Positions 1 to 9,573 of a stretch of 32,000 nucleotides of DNA are shown here, piece by piece. Position 1 is the first letter of the stretch, and the number at the start of each line of letters is the position of its first letter. The position numbers and the translations under genes are program-made. This stretch comes from a virus, in IMG/VR virus record IMGVR_UViG_3300045988_150569, positions 80,613 through 112,612 of that record, one strand, 5' to 3'. The notes beneath the pieces are model-generated. The model made no database searches. It was not told the DNA's origin and saw only the letters and a list, made by a program, of their open reading frames with translations.

Positions 1-538
1 GTTCTTTTTGAATAATCTCAGAGAAATTATTGCTAGACTTAGCAAGATAATCTGAAACGTATCCCATTTTTCTAGGAATAACAGTAAAGAGTTTTAACAG
101 AATATTATTAAATTCTTCAACTTCTTTAATATCAAGTAAACTTGTCAAAACATCTTGTGCTTCATCCACCATTGCCTGAGTTACTTTGTTAGAAGAAATC
201 GTATAATTGTCGCTGATAGCTTTTTGTGCCATTGCTTGTAATCTTTCTACAATCTCAGCAATAACTTTATTTTCAATTTCTTTATATTCTGAGTTTTTAG
301 GTTTTTCAACCTGAATTAAGTCTTCTACAAGTTCACTCTGATCAACATAGCCTTTGCGAAGTTTTTCTTTATATTTTGATTCCCATTGACTCATAGAATA
401 CTCTCTACGTTGTGGACTGCTTCCTACCCTTCCGTATTCAGCAGTCCAACTATCTCCATGAGGAATCTGTTTATAATATTTATTATTATTCGCAGAAGCA
501 GTGACCATCACTAAATATCTTGGTTTGATCTCTGCCAT
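1..538 (-). CDS. WGR-domain protein with PARP-regulatory-like helical region (partial, runs off left edge)
   Basis: Minus ORF from ATG at 538, absent from the ORF track because edge-truncated: MAEIKPRYLVMVTASANNNKYYKQIPHGDSWTAEYGRVGSSPQRREYSMSQWESKYKEKLRKGYVD... then ...KVTQAMVDEAQDVLTSLLDIKEVEEFNNILLKLFTVIPRKMGYV. The first part matches a WGR layout; the second resembles PARP regulatory domain text (e.g. FYTLIPHDFG). RBS GGAG upstream. Confidence 0.7.
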   Translation of the reverse strand, partial: MAEIKPRYLVMVTASANNNKYYKQIPHGDSWTAEYGRVGSSPQRREYSMSQWESKYKEKLRKGYVDQSELVEDLIQVEKPKNSEYKEIENKVIAEIVERLQAMAQKAISDNYTISSNKVTQAMVDEAQDVLTSLLDIKEVEEFNNILLKLFTVIPRKMGYVSDYLAKSSNNFSEIIQKE

Positions 539-547
539 ATATTCTCC

Positions 548-985
548 TTATAATGTACAAACTAAAATCTCAATATCAGTATCAAAAAATACATCCTCTA
601 ACATTTCATATACTCGATCCCATTCAAGCTGATCGAGGCCACACCCAATACGTGGCATTGCGATTTTAGTGATGTCATATTCTTCACAATAATCACGCAT
701 ATCCACTAAAGTATCATATAATGTTTCATATATAGGTTTGTAATAGCAACGAGGCTTTGTAACCAGATTAAATACGTTATCAATGAGTAATGCTTTTCCT
801 ACATTATCGTATTTTTCTCCTTCTGGAATTGGATACTGACTATGTAATTTATATCTCATGTTATATACATCTACAAACTGCTTTGCAATACCAGCACCTA
901 ACGCATAATCACCACTGATACAATGGGCTAAATAATAACCCTGTGGTACTGTAAATAAATCTCTCTGTTCTTCTTTAATATTCAT
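548..985 (-). CDS. macrodomain (ADP-ribose-binding/hydrolase-like) protein
   Basis: ORF with YYLAHCISGDYALGAGIAKQF and IAMPRIGCGLDQLEWDRV, characteristic macrodomain loops. Confidence 0.85.
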   Translation of the reverse strand: MNIKEEQRDLFTVPQGYYLAHCISGDYALGAGIAKQFVDVYNMRYKLHSQYPIPEGEKYDNVGKALLIDNVFNLVTKPRCYYKPIYETLYDTLVDMRDYCEEYDITKIAMPRIGCGLDQLEWDRVYEMLEDVFFDTDIEILVCTL

Positions 986-1017
986 ATTATTTTCCTCCTA
1001 TGAAATAAAACTTTCAA

Positions 1018-1782
1018 TTAGTCTAACCAACGATTATCTGCATAATAAAATGCATAAACTACGCCACAAATTATAACAATCCAGAAGAACCAAAATAAAA
1101 ATACTCCGCTTTTATGTAAAGACTCTTCAACCGCTTCTTCAATAGTGGTATCTTTGTAAAATTTTGTATCATCTGAAATTGTGCCATTTCTGAGATCTGT
1201 GAAAATAGTTCCTACAAAATGAGTTCCTGTACCATAATATACATGGCGCAAATGATATCCAGCTGAAACTGTATCAATATATCTTGTTGTAGGAATGCTA
1301 ATCTTATTTACTGGGAACACAACACCAGCAAAAGAAATCTCATTACATTTCTTTTTATCCCAGTCAATTACATCCCATGTCCAATATGTCTCAGTCGTGT
1401 AATATGTTTCTGTTTTGCCGTTAACAGTTCTTGTATGAGCAACTTGTCTGGTGTGCATGGTGTATCGTTCAGTATCCATTTCAACATACATATATTCTCC
1501 TTCAATTTCAGGATATGTAACTGTATCTACTGCTTCTAAATCACCATATACAAATGCACTTCCAATATTAGTATCCATCCCATATTGAAATAAATCCTGA
1601 CCTTCAATCTTAATCGCCTTTAAAAATTGTTCGTTATAATCAGCTTCACCCTGTTTAATGCTACCAGAAATGACGAAGCCAATAAGCAGCATTACCGCAA
1701 TAATAGAAATACTTGTTAATATTTCTCTAACTGTAATCTCAAAATCACCGAAATCAAACCGTTTGTTAATAAGCTGCTTCAT
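1018..1782 (-). CDS. membrane protein with two TM segments, unknown function
   Basis: ORF; hydrophobic segments ILTSISIIAVMLLIGFVISG and FLFWFFWIVIICGVVYAFYY. Confidence 0.8.
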   Translation of the reverse strand: MKQLINKRFDFGDFEITVREILTSISIIAVMLLIGFVISGSIKQGEADYNEQFLKAIKIEGQDLFQYGMDTNIGSAFVYGDLEAVDTVTYPEIEGEYMYVEMDTERYTMHTRQVAHTRTVNGKTETYYTTETYWTWDVIDWDKKKCNEISFAGVVFPVNKISIPTTRYIDTVSAGYHLRHVYYGTGTHFVGTIFTDLRNGTISDDTKFYKDTTIEEAVEESLHKSGVFLFWFFWIVIICGVVYAFYYADNRWLD

Positions 1783-1791
1783 ACTCTTCTC

Positions 1792-2346
1792 CTAATCGAA
1801 TAAGTTCTGTGGTGCTTCTGATGGTGCGCCGTAATCCAGGTATTCAAAATTCTTTACTTCGTATCCTAAGAAAGATAAAAACTGACGAGTTGGAAATTTG
1901 TTCACATACCTACGATATGCTCTAACCTGTTCGTTATAATTATTTCTGTACTGCGCAATCTGATTTTCTGTAATTACGAGATCATTCATCAAAGTTTTAT
2001 AATTTTCATTTGATTTAAGTTCTGGATACGCCTCAGTGACTGCAGCAATCGCTGTTGTAGTATTTTCAATATTGCCTGCAGATCCACGAGCAGTTACTAC
2101 AGCTTCAAATGTTTCTGCCTCGTGCTTGTCGTACTGTTTTACACAGTCAACAAGGTTTTGTACATGACTAATTCTCTGCATTTCCTGCACCTGGATACCA
2201 GATTTTGCAGAATTAACCTGTTCTTCTAATGAAATGGCTGTATTCTGGCTTCCTTGTACTCCAAAAATTGCCATAAAAACAACCGCGAGGATTCCAACAA
2301 GCACAATAACTAATACTTTCCAATTAGTATTTTTTGTCTGACTCAT
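1792..2346 (-). CDS. LemA family protein
   Basis: N-terminal TM then ...QVNSAKSGIQVQEMQRISHVQNLVDCVKQYDKHEAETFEAV...ENQIAQYRNNYNEQVRAYRRYVNKFPTRQFLSFLGYE, typical LemA. Confidence 0.85.
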   Translation of the reverse strand: MSQTKNTNWKVLVIVLVGILAVVFMAIFGVQGSQNTAISLEEQVNSAKSGIQVQEMQRISHVQNLVDCVKQYDKHEAETFEAVVTARGSAGNIENTTTAIAAVTEAYPELKSNENYKTLMNDLVITENQIAQYRNNYNEQVRAYRRYVNKFPTRQFLSFLGYEVKNFEYLDYGAPSEAPQNLFD

Positions 2347-2374
2347 AATAAATTTCCTTTCGTTACAATACTTT

Positions 2375-2737
2375 TTATTTAATCAACATATCTTCCAGTT
2401 TTACAATCTCATCTTTTAAAGATTTAATTCTCCGATTTACAAGCGCATTAAAACCAGCAACTGCTTCTTCATATGTATCGCAAAAATATCTAGCATAAAG
2501 TGTTACTCCATTTTTCTTTAGATCTTTTCCATTCACTTTATACTCATAAAAATATCTGCCATTATATTCATCCGTTTTAATTCTACCTTTTACTGGTCTG
2601 CATATATAATTTAATGCTCTTTCATCTTCTTTATACGCAAATGCCCAAATATCTTTATTGTCTGGAAATTCTTTTATGTTTGACACTTTAGCATCAAATG
2701 GAATATAGTATTGAAACATATCTAATCCATAATACAT
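2375..2737 (-). CDS. hypothetical protein
   Basis: ORF in minus-strand gene series. Confidence 0.7.
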   Translation of the reverse strand: MYYGLDMFQYYIPFDAKVSNIKEFPDNKDIWAFAYKEDERALNYICRPVKGRIKTDEYNGRYFYEYKVNGKDLKKNGVTLYARYFCDTYEEAVAGFNALVNRRIKSLKDEIVKLEDMLIK

Positions 2738-2839
2738 ACTTCTTCACCTCTTTTTGACACAATTTTTCGTTTTGCATTGGGGGTCTGAGCGAAATGCTCA
2801 TGATACTCTATAGAATTTTCTCTGTATTTGATATAATTA

Positions 2840-3019
2840 TTAATGTCTACTATTCCATTCTTTGATAGTCAAAAGATCCGAATATGTTCCATATTTCCAT
2901 TTTCCACCACATTTCGAACAATAAATACACGGATCTTGATTCCATGGTTTTGATTCAATTAACTCCACGGTTCCACCGCAATTACATCTTTTTAATTTTA
3001 AAGTATTTTCTTTCTCCAT
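2840..3019 (-). CDS. small CxC...CxxC zinc-ribbon-like protein (59 aa)
   Basis: Hand-translated short ORF MEKENTLKLKRCNCGGTVELIESKPWNQDPCIYCSKCGGKWKYGTYSDLLTIKEWNSRH. Confidence 0.6.
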   Translation of the reverse strand: MEKENTLKLKRCNCGGTVELIESKPWNQDPCIYCSKCGGKWKYGTYSDLLTIKEWNSRH

Positions 3020-3037
3020 TTATATTTAATTTATTTT

Positions 3038-3211
3038 CTACTCCACTGTATATTTGAACGATAATGGACAGCCATATTCCAGTTCACCTAAACAACATTC
3101 ATTGTCATCTAAAGTACATTCATACTCACTATAACCGGTGTCATATTCATAATATGAACGTTTACAATATTCACACTCTTCCCAGTTGTTCTCAAAAACT
3201 TCTTTTTCCAT
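3038..3211 (-). CDS. small Cys/acidic-rich protein (57 aa)
   Basis: Hand-translated ORF MEKEVFENNWEECEYCKRSYYEYDTGYSEYECTLDDNECCLGELEYGCPLSFKYTVE. Confidence 0.55.
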   Translation of the reverse strand: MEKEVFENNWEECEYCKRSYYEYDTGYSEYECTLDDNECCLGELEYGCPLSFKYTVE

Positions 3212-3214
3212 ATT

Positions 3215-3802
3215 TTATGCCTGCCTATCTGCAATACATTTAATATTGTTCTCAATCTGTCTATATGTATCATTTGCACTAAGAATATTTAAAACAGCAT
3301 TAGATAACATAGATTTAGTAGAATTGTCAAAAGTCTCCTTCATTGTTGTATTTACCTGCTTACGAATATCATTCATAAATGTGTCTAATTCTTTCTTAAT
3401 CGTTTCTGTAAAATCAAACTGGCGAGAAATATATTGTTCAAAAGTTACATTTTCATAATCATCGCTATAAGAACCAGACCTACCTTTTTTCTTCACTTTT
3501 AACTGCTTAGAATCCAGTCTTTCTTTTATCTGCTGTTTAATATACTGCTCTACTGTATATTCCTGCTCAGGTTCATTATCCCAATAAGATCCACCTACCT
3601 TAATTTTCTTTGTCGTAATATACTCGTCAACAAAGTGCTGGAAATTTTTAGAAACCTGTGTATTGATAGTATCTTTTATTAAATTATCAGCAGTCTTTTT
3701 TACAATATCAGCAATCTGTTCTTTTACTACATTTCCAAGATTTTTTTCTAATGTTGTCTGTACTATATTCTCAAGATTATCTAACTCAAGTGTTACTTTC
3801 AT
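3215..3802 (-). CDS. hypothetical coiled-coil-like protein
   Basis: ORF with charged helical composition. Confidence 0.75.
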   Translation of the reverse strand: MKVTLELDNLENIVQTTLEKNLGNVVKEQIADIVKKTADNLIKDTINTQVSKNFQHFVDEYITTKKIKVGGSYWDNEPEQEYTVEQYIKQQIKERLDSKQLKVKKKGRSGSYSDDYENVTFEQYISRQFDFTETIKKELDTFMNDIRKQVNTTMKETFDNSTKSMLSNAVLNILSANDTYRQIENNIKCIADRQA

Positions 3803-3819
3803 TGTATTATTCTCCTTTT

Positions 3820-4107
3820 CTAAATTAAATCAGGCAAGCTTTCTGCCCATTTTACTACACTTTCTGCATCTAATTCAGTAGAAGTATCTGTATTAGGATA
3901 ATAGATTGTGATATTGTTTTTTCTTAATCCTTCTTGCAAAAGATGTTTTAAAGCAGACAATGCATTATCTACACCAATCTGATATGCCATTTGCTGATCG
4001 TCATTTTCAAAAGATGCTTTTACTTTATCACTCACAGAATCTAATACTACTTTTACTTCGTTTGAAATATTACAACCCCAAATCTGAATATCATCAAAAT
4101 CTACCAT
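3820..4107 (-). CDS. hypothetical protein
   Basis: ORF, upstream purine-rich RBS. Confidence 0.7.
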   Translation of the reverse strand: MVDFDDIQIWGCNISNEVKVVLDSVSDKVKASFENDDQQMAYQIGVDNALSALKHLLQEGLRKNNITIYYPNTDTSTELDAESVVKWAESLPDLI

Positions 4108-4316
4108 TTTATTCTCCTTCCGTATGAAAACAAAATTTCAAATTTCTTTCAATTTTTGATCTACTATAATATCAAAATCGCGACTTATTTCTTTTATGAA
4201 TTGTTCTTTGCAATTTTGTATATTATTCGCTTCAAATTTAATAATGATTCCATTATTAGGCTGCATATCTATCCTGTAGATTCCAAGACCTTCGTATTTT
4301 ATATCTTTTATCCACA

Positions 4317-4541
4317 TTATTCTTCCTCAATCTCTTCGATTTCAAACGGCTGATCATCATAGTCTGCATCCTCTAAACTATAATCATCCAGCACAAAATC
4401 GAGATAATCTGTATAACTGTCATTTCTTAACTTGTCTAAAGCGTCTTCTTTTGATTCTGCTTCGATAATCCCTTCTCTGTGTCCATACCTCAAATAGCCC
4501 TGTACATAATTTGCATCCTGTGTGACTCTAAATTCTTTCAT
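4317..4541 (-). CDS. small acidic hypothetical protein
   Basis: ORF with AAGGAG-type RBS upstream. Confidence 0.65.
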   Translation of the reverse strand: MKEFRVTQDANYVQGYLRYGHREGIIEAESKEDALDKLRNDSYTDYLDFVLDDYSLEDADYDDQPFEIEEIEEE

Positions 4542-4591
4542 CTTGTTATTCTCCTTTTACTTTAAATTGCTAATCAAACCATTAGCGCAAC

Positions 4592-4738
4592 CTATAATTG
4601 CGCAAACAACATAAAATGATTTGTATTTAATGGAATACTAGGCAAAAACATTTTTAAAGCGTCAATAAAAATCTCATCTACATCAAACCATGTTAAAATC
4701 CATGCAGTTATTAGACCGTAAATTATACCTTCTAACAT
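4592..4738 (-). CDS. small membrane protein (48 aa)
   Basis: Hand-translated MLEGIIYGLITAWILTWFDVDEIFIDALKMFLPSIPLNTNHFMLFAQL; start overlaps the end of the upstream CDS. Confidence 0.5.
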   Translation of the reverse strand: MLEGIIYGLITAWILTWFDVDEIFIDALKMFLPSIPLNTNHFMLFAQL

Positions 4739-5763
4739 TTAATTTCTCCTTTTACAACTCTCTCATTAACACTTGCCATAAATTCATTTACTGCATTATA
4801 ATCAGGATTCTCTGGTAAAGAAGTATTTTTCTTATCATAAGCTAATCTTTTATCCAACTCATCCACCAACTCATAAAATTCAGGAATCGGCTGATCGTTA
4901 CCGTCCAGATATTTACCATTGCGAATATCCATCAATAAGTCATGTTCTTTTCCTCTGTATGTAACAATTTTTTCATTCTCTAAAATGTCAAAACACATAT
5001 AATAAAGACGAACTAAATGCATCATGTGTTTTCCTAGTTTTCCATGTTCGATAGCATTCTGATTACGCTTCCCAATCTTCGCATAATCTTTTACTACACA
5101 GTTCATTTCAGACCACATTGCTTTATAATCTCTCAGTGGATAATGTTTAAAATTCATATCCATGAAAATTTCTGTATTATAATCTTCTTTATCTGACTTA
5201 TCAATATAGAGCTTAAGTGAATCTTCTGGATAATAAGCATATTTGCTAGGAAATGTATATACGGCATTCATAATACTATTGAGAATATGTTGTTCTCTTT
5301 CTTCTTGCCCTACTACTCTTGCCGCCTTATTACTTAAACGCCGAAGCTGCTGGTTCGCATAACCACCAAAAGAATACACAGCTTTCCTGGATAAAAATAA
5401 ATGGGCATTATCTAATAATTCCTGACCAATCGGTGTTACGTATAAATAATGCTCAGGCTTTAATCCTAACAACTCAATAGTATTAGGATTTACATTCAGT
5501 AATAACGAAACTAACTTATTGAACGAATATATTGTTGTATCAGTCTGTTCATTTACGAACTGTTCAAAATTCTGATTAGTCAAAATATCCATCTTGCTAT
5601 TTAAGGCACAGCCGCGGCAATCCAAGTCCGAATTCTCTACATTAGTGCCATAGGCATAACTACCACCCAAACCAAGAAGAATAATATTCTTTCCAAGATG
5701 CTCATTGGTTCTTAGAAAATCATATTCTCCACTACTGACTTTTTTCTTAATCTCATCAATCAT
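4732..5763 (-). CDS. RlaP-like nucleotidyltransferase (DNA polymerase beta superfamily)
   Basis: Motif ILLGLGGSYAYGTNVENSDLDCRG (GSYAYG...SDLD) typical of minimal nucleotidyltransferases. Confidence 0.8.
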   Translation of the reverse strand: MIDEIKKKVSSGEYDFLRTNEHLGKNIILLGLGGSYAYGTNVENSDLDCRGCALNSKMDILTNQNFEQFVNEQTDTTIYSFNKLVSLLLNVNPNTIELLGLKPEHYLYVTPIGQELLDNAHLFLSRKAVYSFGGYANQQLRRLSNKAARVVGQEEREQHILNSIMNAVYTFPSKYAYYPEDSLKLYIDKSDKEDYNTEIFMDMNFKHYPLRDYKAMWSEMNCVVKDYAKIGKRNQNAIEHGKLGKHMMHLVRLYYMCFDILENEKIVTYRGKEHDLLMDIRNGKYLDGNDQPIPEFYELVDELDKRLAYDKKNTSLPENPDYNAVNEFMASVNERVVKGEIKC

Positions 5764-5822
5764 ATATTCACCTATTTATTCTCTTATTTATGGAAATTTT
5801 AAGCGATCTGCTTCAAGAAATT

Positions 5823-6704
5823 TTATTTAACTGCATAACAATCAGACTTTTTATCATAGATACCAATTATATCATCTACATTGGCAAATCGTATTTTTGC
5901 TCTTTTACCTCTAATCATACAAAGGCCAGAATCGTCTACCTTTCTAACTTTACCATGCAATACAGGTCTCATGCCTTTCTGACGAAATGCCACCCATTTA
6001 TCAACAAAGTAAGAGTTTGTGCGAATCTTCTCATAAAATCCTGTCTGGTGTGTTTCAAAATTAATATTTCCTTTACCAATTACACTAACTTCGTCATCAA
6101 TAATTTCAAAGTTTACTTCTCCATCAAAATCCTTGATCAATGTGGTTGTCCATGGTTTGGTAATATAATCATCATAGTCTGGATTATACTTCAGAACTTC
6201 ATCCAGAAGAAATACTGCCACCCCACCTACATCGGCGCAAAATTCTCCAAGTTTCTCTTTGGTATCAGAGTTATAAGTTGTACAACTCCAATCACCATAT
6301 AAAGTATCACGACTAATATATGTATGAATTCCAAGGACTTCCATATTTTCACCTAAATTAGACTTTTCCCAATCATCCTTATTTAGCTCATAATACTTAT
6401 TCAATGCTTCTTTGTATTTCTTATTGCATTCCTCATATATCTTAGATACATAATGTGTTCTTGGATGTTTCTTACGATATTCAGGATCTGTATAGCCCAA
6501 AACTTTATCTATCTGTTCTAGCACCTTTATCATTTCTGGACATTCTTTGCTAATATCAATTACTTCTCTCACTGCATCAGGATACTTTTCAATATCTGTC
6601 CCATAGGTAAAATAATCATCTCTTTTCGGATATTCTCCAACTTGCTCTTTTTCCTTACAGATATAACACGGATCTGTGATGATAATATCTCCTTTAAATC
6701 TCAT
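5823..6704 (-). CDS. hypothetical protein (IITDPCYI motif)
   Basis: Long ORF starting MRFKGDIIITDPCYIC. Confidence 0.8.
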   Translation of the reverse strand: MRFKGDIIITDPCYICKEKEQVGEYPKRDDYFTYGTDIEKYPDAVREVIDISKECPEMIKVLEQIDKVLGYTDPEYRKKHPRTHYVSKIYEECNKKYKEALNKYYELNKDDWEKSNLGENMEVLGIHTYISRDTLYGDWSCTTYNSDTKEKLGEFCADVGGVAVFLLDEVLKYNPDYDDYITKPWTTTLIKDFDGEVNFEIIDDEVSVIGKGNINFETHQTGFYEKIRTNSYFVDKWVAFRQKGMRPVLHGKVRKVDDSGLCMIRGKRAKIRFANVDDIIGIYDKKSDCYAVK

Positions 6705-6869
6705 CTACCCACCTTCAATATATTTAAAACATCTTTATCAGTTAATGGTCTTACTGTACCATCAGATTCTTTTATCATTGGTTTGTCGTATTTATCCGAT
6801 AACTCTAAACCATATTTCTCGCATAGGCGATAGAATAGATCTCTGTCAAATGATTTACTATCTACCATT

Positions 6870-7058
6870 TTATTTCCCACCTGTTATTAACCATGCGGCG
6901 ATAATTAACATTGACATTAAAATTGCTTCGCCTAAGCATATTTGAACTTTTTCTTTGAAATCAAAATCGTAGCCACATATTATTACAATAAAAATTGTTA
7001 CGACTAACATCATTAACCAATATCCTACAAGTTCCATAATACTATTCTCCAATCGCAA
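6870..7058 (-). CDS. small membrane protein, two TM segments
   Basis: ORF with LMMLVVTIFIVIICGY and AILMSMLIIAAWLI. Confidence 0.6.
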   Translation of the reverse strand: MRLENSIMELVGYWLMMLVVTIFIVIICGYDFDFKEKVQICLGEAILMSMLIIAAWLITGGK

Positions 7059-7320
7059 TCCATAATTTTCGTTTTTTACTTACCTTTAATCCATCAATAA
7101 AATCTAAATGGTCAAAAGTGATCATCAACTGCGGCTTGTTTCTACGGATTTCACTAACAGATGGATAAATACCAATATCAACAAGAATTCTTGGCAAGAA
7201 TCGCTCTTCCGTAAAATAAGTCTTTTCTTTTTCTGTCCTATCCCAATCATCTTCATCAGCTGCAAATAACTGCTGTAGATCTACAACCGGCTTTCCTATT
7301 ACTATATTCTCTATGTACAT
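7042..7320 (-). CDS. hypothetical protein
   Basis: ORF in minus-strand series. Confidence 0.65.
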   Translation of the reverse strand: MYIENIVIGKPVVDLQQLFAADEDDWDRTEKEKTYFTEERFLPRILVDIGIYPSVSEIRRNKPQLMITFDHLDFIDGLKVSKKRKLWIAIGE

Positions 7321-7350
7321 CGCTTCTTACCTCCTAACGAAACACGTAAT

Positions 7351-8028
7351 TCAGCAATCAAAATTAAAGATAATTCGTATATCTTCTTCTGTACCACCAT
7401 CAGGAACAAGTTTTTCTAACGCTGGAATTGTGTTTTCTAAAAAATTGTCACAACACTCTCTATATGTAATTGATTTAAAATCCACTTGTACATAATATTT
7501 AACACGATTATTCCTACTGATGGTTTTATTTAAAATCTTATCCATCGTATCTGCCGACACTACAACAATATCCCAACCAGAAATATTGCCAGACCAACTA
7601 TCTGGATTCTTTCCTGTTCTTTTCATTTCTATATACTGAGCTTCACTAATAACACCTACATGAATGACTTTCTGATCCCAATCATAATCTTTCAATTCCT
7701 TTAATGTATAATATGAGTTTGCATATCCATCACCCCATAAAAGTTCTTTTACTTCAGCAGTAATATCTTCTGGCAGTCCTTTGGGCATACTAATTGGATT
7801 AAACCCATAAGAAGTCTTACATCCAGCGAAACCAGTTCCATTTCTTACATCTGCAAGAATTGCAAATAAATCATAATTTCGACTATCATAAGGTCGATCA
7901 GTATATGGTCGATTCCATTCGTCAATTACTCTATCTTCGCGATACCAAGGATTTTTAAATACACTTCCTACCTTTGTCCATTTTTTATTTTTACGTACTT
8001 CTGCAAACATAGTAATATCTGTTCCCAT
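7351..8028 (-). CDS. hypothetical protein
   Basis: Long ORF MGTDITMFAEVRKNKKWTKVG... Confidence 0.8.
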   Translation of the reverse strand: MGTDITMFAEVRKNKKWTKVGSVFKNPWYREDRVIDEWNRPYTDRPYDSRNYDLFAILADVRNGTGFAGCKTSYGFNPISMPKGLPEDITAEVKELLWGDGYANSYYTLKELKDYDWDQKVIHVGVISEAQYIEMKRTGKNPDSWSGNISGWDIVVVSADTMDKILNKTISRNNRVKYYVQVDFKSITYRECCDNFLENTIPALEKLVPDGGTEEDIRIIFNFDC

Positions 8029-8043
8029 ATTTATTCCTTTCTC

Positions 8044-8373
8044 TTAATCAACAAATTCAATCTTCTCTCCTACAAAATGTGCCAGTTTTTCATTAATATC
8101 TATTGGATATTCTTCAATAACATAATACTCAGTGTCTACAAATACCTTCGTAATAATATTCTCATCATCAATCCAAATTCCACCAACTGTACCGCCAGGA
8201 ATTCTAATTGCAAGACACTTGTCCTTTAGCATTGTGCTATCTGCCAGAATATAATGCTTCCAGTATTGATCTGGTGATAATCCAAGAAGCCGATCTATTT
8301 CTCGTGTTAAGTCACAATAGTATTCTTGAAGACCTGAGCGATTTTCGTTTGGAAATCTATTTGTTAATAACAT
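8044..8373 (-). CDS. hypothetical protein
   Basis: ORF; ATG at 8373 has GGAG RBS (ATAGGAGTTGGCTATG). Confidence 0.7.
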   Translation of the reverse strand: MLLTNRFPNENRSGLQEYYCDLTREIDRLLGLSPDQYWKHYILADSTMLKDKCLAIRIPGGTVGGIWIDDENIITKVFVDTEYYVIEEYPIDINEKLAHFVGEKIEFVD

Positions 8374-8704
8374 AGCCAACTCCTATCTTAACTTGCCGCA
8401 CCGAATACCGACATATCTATATAGTTCGGTTCTTCGGGTGCATATCCTTTCTGTTATTCCTTTTGTATTTTTGAATATTACGGGTGCTTTTACACCACCT
8501 GTCCGGAATGAGGAAACCATTGTTCCGGATAGGCGGCTTCGCCGCAGCGGAATAATCATATTTTCCTATGGCGGATGTTATTACATTTTTTGACAATAAC
8601 TTTTGAAAACTCAGATGAAGTTCATGTAAAATTTTGCAAGAACTGCCACAGATATAAATAGTAGATATAATAAGTAGTAGATAATAATTAACACTCTAAA
8701 CAAG

Positions 8705-9067
8705 TTAGAGCTGATTTCTGCTTACATACACACCATCATATAAACAGTCATCTGCCCATTTACATTTTTTATAACTACCACATCTACTATATTTCTTCCA
8801 CCTATCTTTAGGAATATATGGTTTTCTCTCATTAAAAGGAATATCACATTCTTCGAATGAATTACTATTGGCACAACTTGCACATGTATAGTTTCTTGTT
8901 TTATTGTATGGACATTTATTTGTGCCACTCAATTTGATACATCTTGGATAAACAAATAGTAAATGTGAAATTTTAAATGGAATAAATTTATGTTTAGCAT
9001 ATTTGCAACTGCTACTTTTATCGCAATCACAACTATCTATACAGTCGTAACCGAATAATATATCCAT
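8705..9067 (-). CDS. cysteine-rich hypothetical protein, possible metal-binding
   Basis: ORF with regular Cys pairs (CIDSCDC, CASC, CGSYKKC). Confidence 0.6.
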   Translation of the reverse strand: MDILFGYDCIDSCDCDKSSSCKYAKHKFIPFKISHLLFVYPRCIKLSGTNKCPYNKTRNYTCASCANSNSFEECDIPFNERKPYIPKDRWKKYSRCGSYKKCKWADDCLYDGVYVSRNQL

Positions 9068-9092
9068 TAGATTCTCCTATTGAAACCAACAT

Positions 9093-9560
9093 TTAATCGG
9101 CTTCTGTTTTCATATTCTTTTCATGCCATGCATCTAAAGTAACCAATAGCATTTCACCTTTTTCGGTAAGCCAACAACCTGTGATACTACTACCATGCTC
9201 TACGAATTCATGTTCATCTAAAATATACATCATGAACTGAAGCAATCCAAATTGATTGTTGTCGTTGTCATCAACATGTAAATCTCTTTTATACCTATTA
9301 AGAACTTCGGTATATTCAAGTTTATTTTCTCGCCAATCATGACGAATATGTAAAAATTTTCTGATTACTTCATATGTATATTCAGGGCGTCCACAACCAC
9401 ATAAGTCTAAATCTTCATACATCCAATAGCTCATAAGTGGTTCGATTAATGATTCCTCATACCAATCTTCTCTACAGCCATTTATAATCTCATAATTCTT
9501 TGCCATACAACAGTCTGGATGATATTTTACAATATTTTCTGCAATTTCACTTAACCTCAT
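9093..9560 (-). CDS. hypothetical protein
   Basis: Start placed at MRLSEIAENIVKYHPDCC rather than the longer track ORF, which would overlap the next gene; RBS AAGGAG. Confidence 0.65.
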   Translation of the reverse strand: MRLSEIAENIVKYHPDCCMAKNYEIINGCREDWYEESLIEPLMSYWMYEDLDLCGCGRPEYTYEVIRKFLHIRHDWRENKLEYTEVLNRYKRDLHVDDNDNNQFGLLQFMMYILDEHEFVEHGSSITGCWLTEKGEMLLVTLDAWHEKNMKTEAD

Positions 9561-9573
9561 ATTTTTCTCCTTC

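Noticed and set aside
5790-6302. 170-aa plus-strand ORF
   Set aside because: Antisense to a well-supported minus CDS (5823..6704); Phe/Ile/Cys-rich mirror translation typical of antisense frames.
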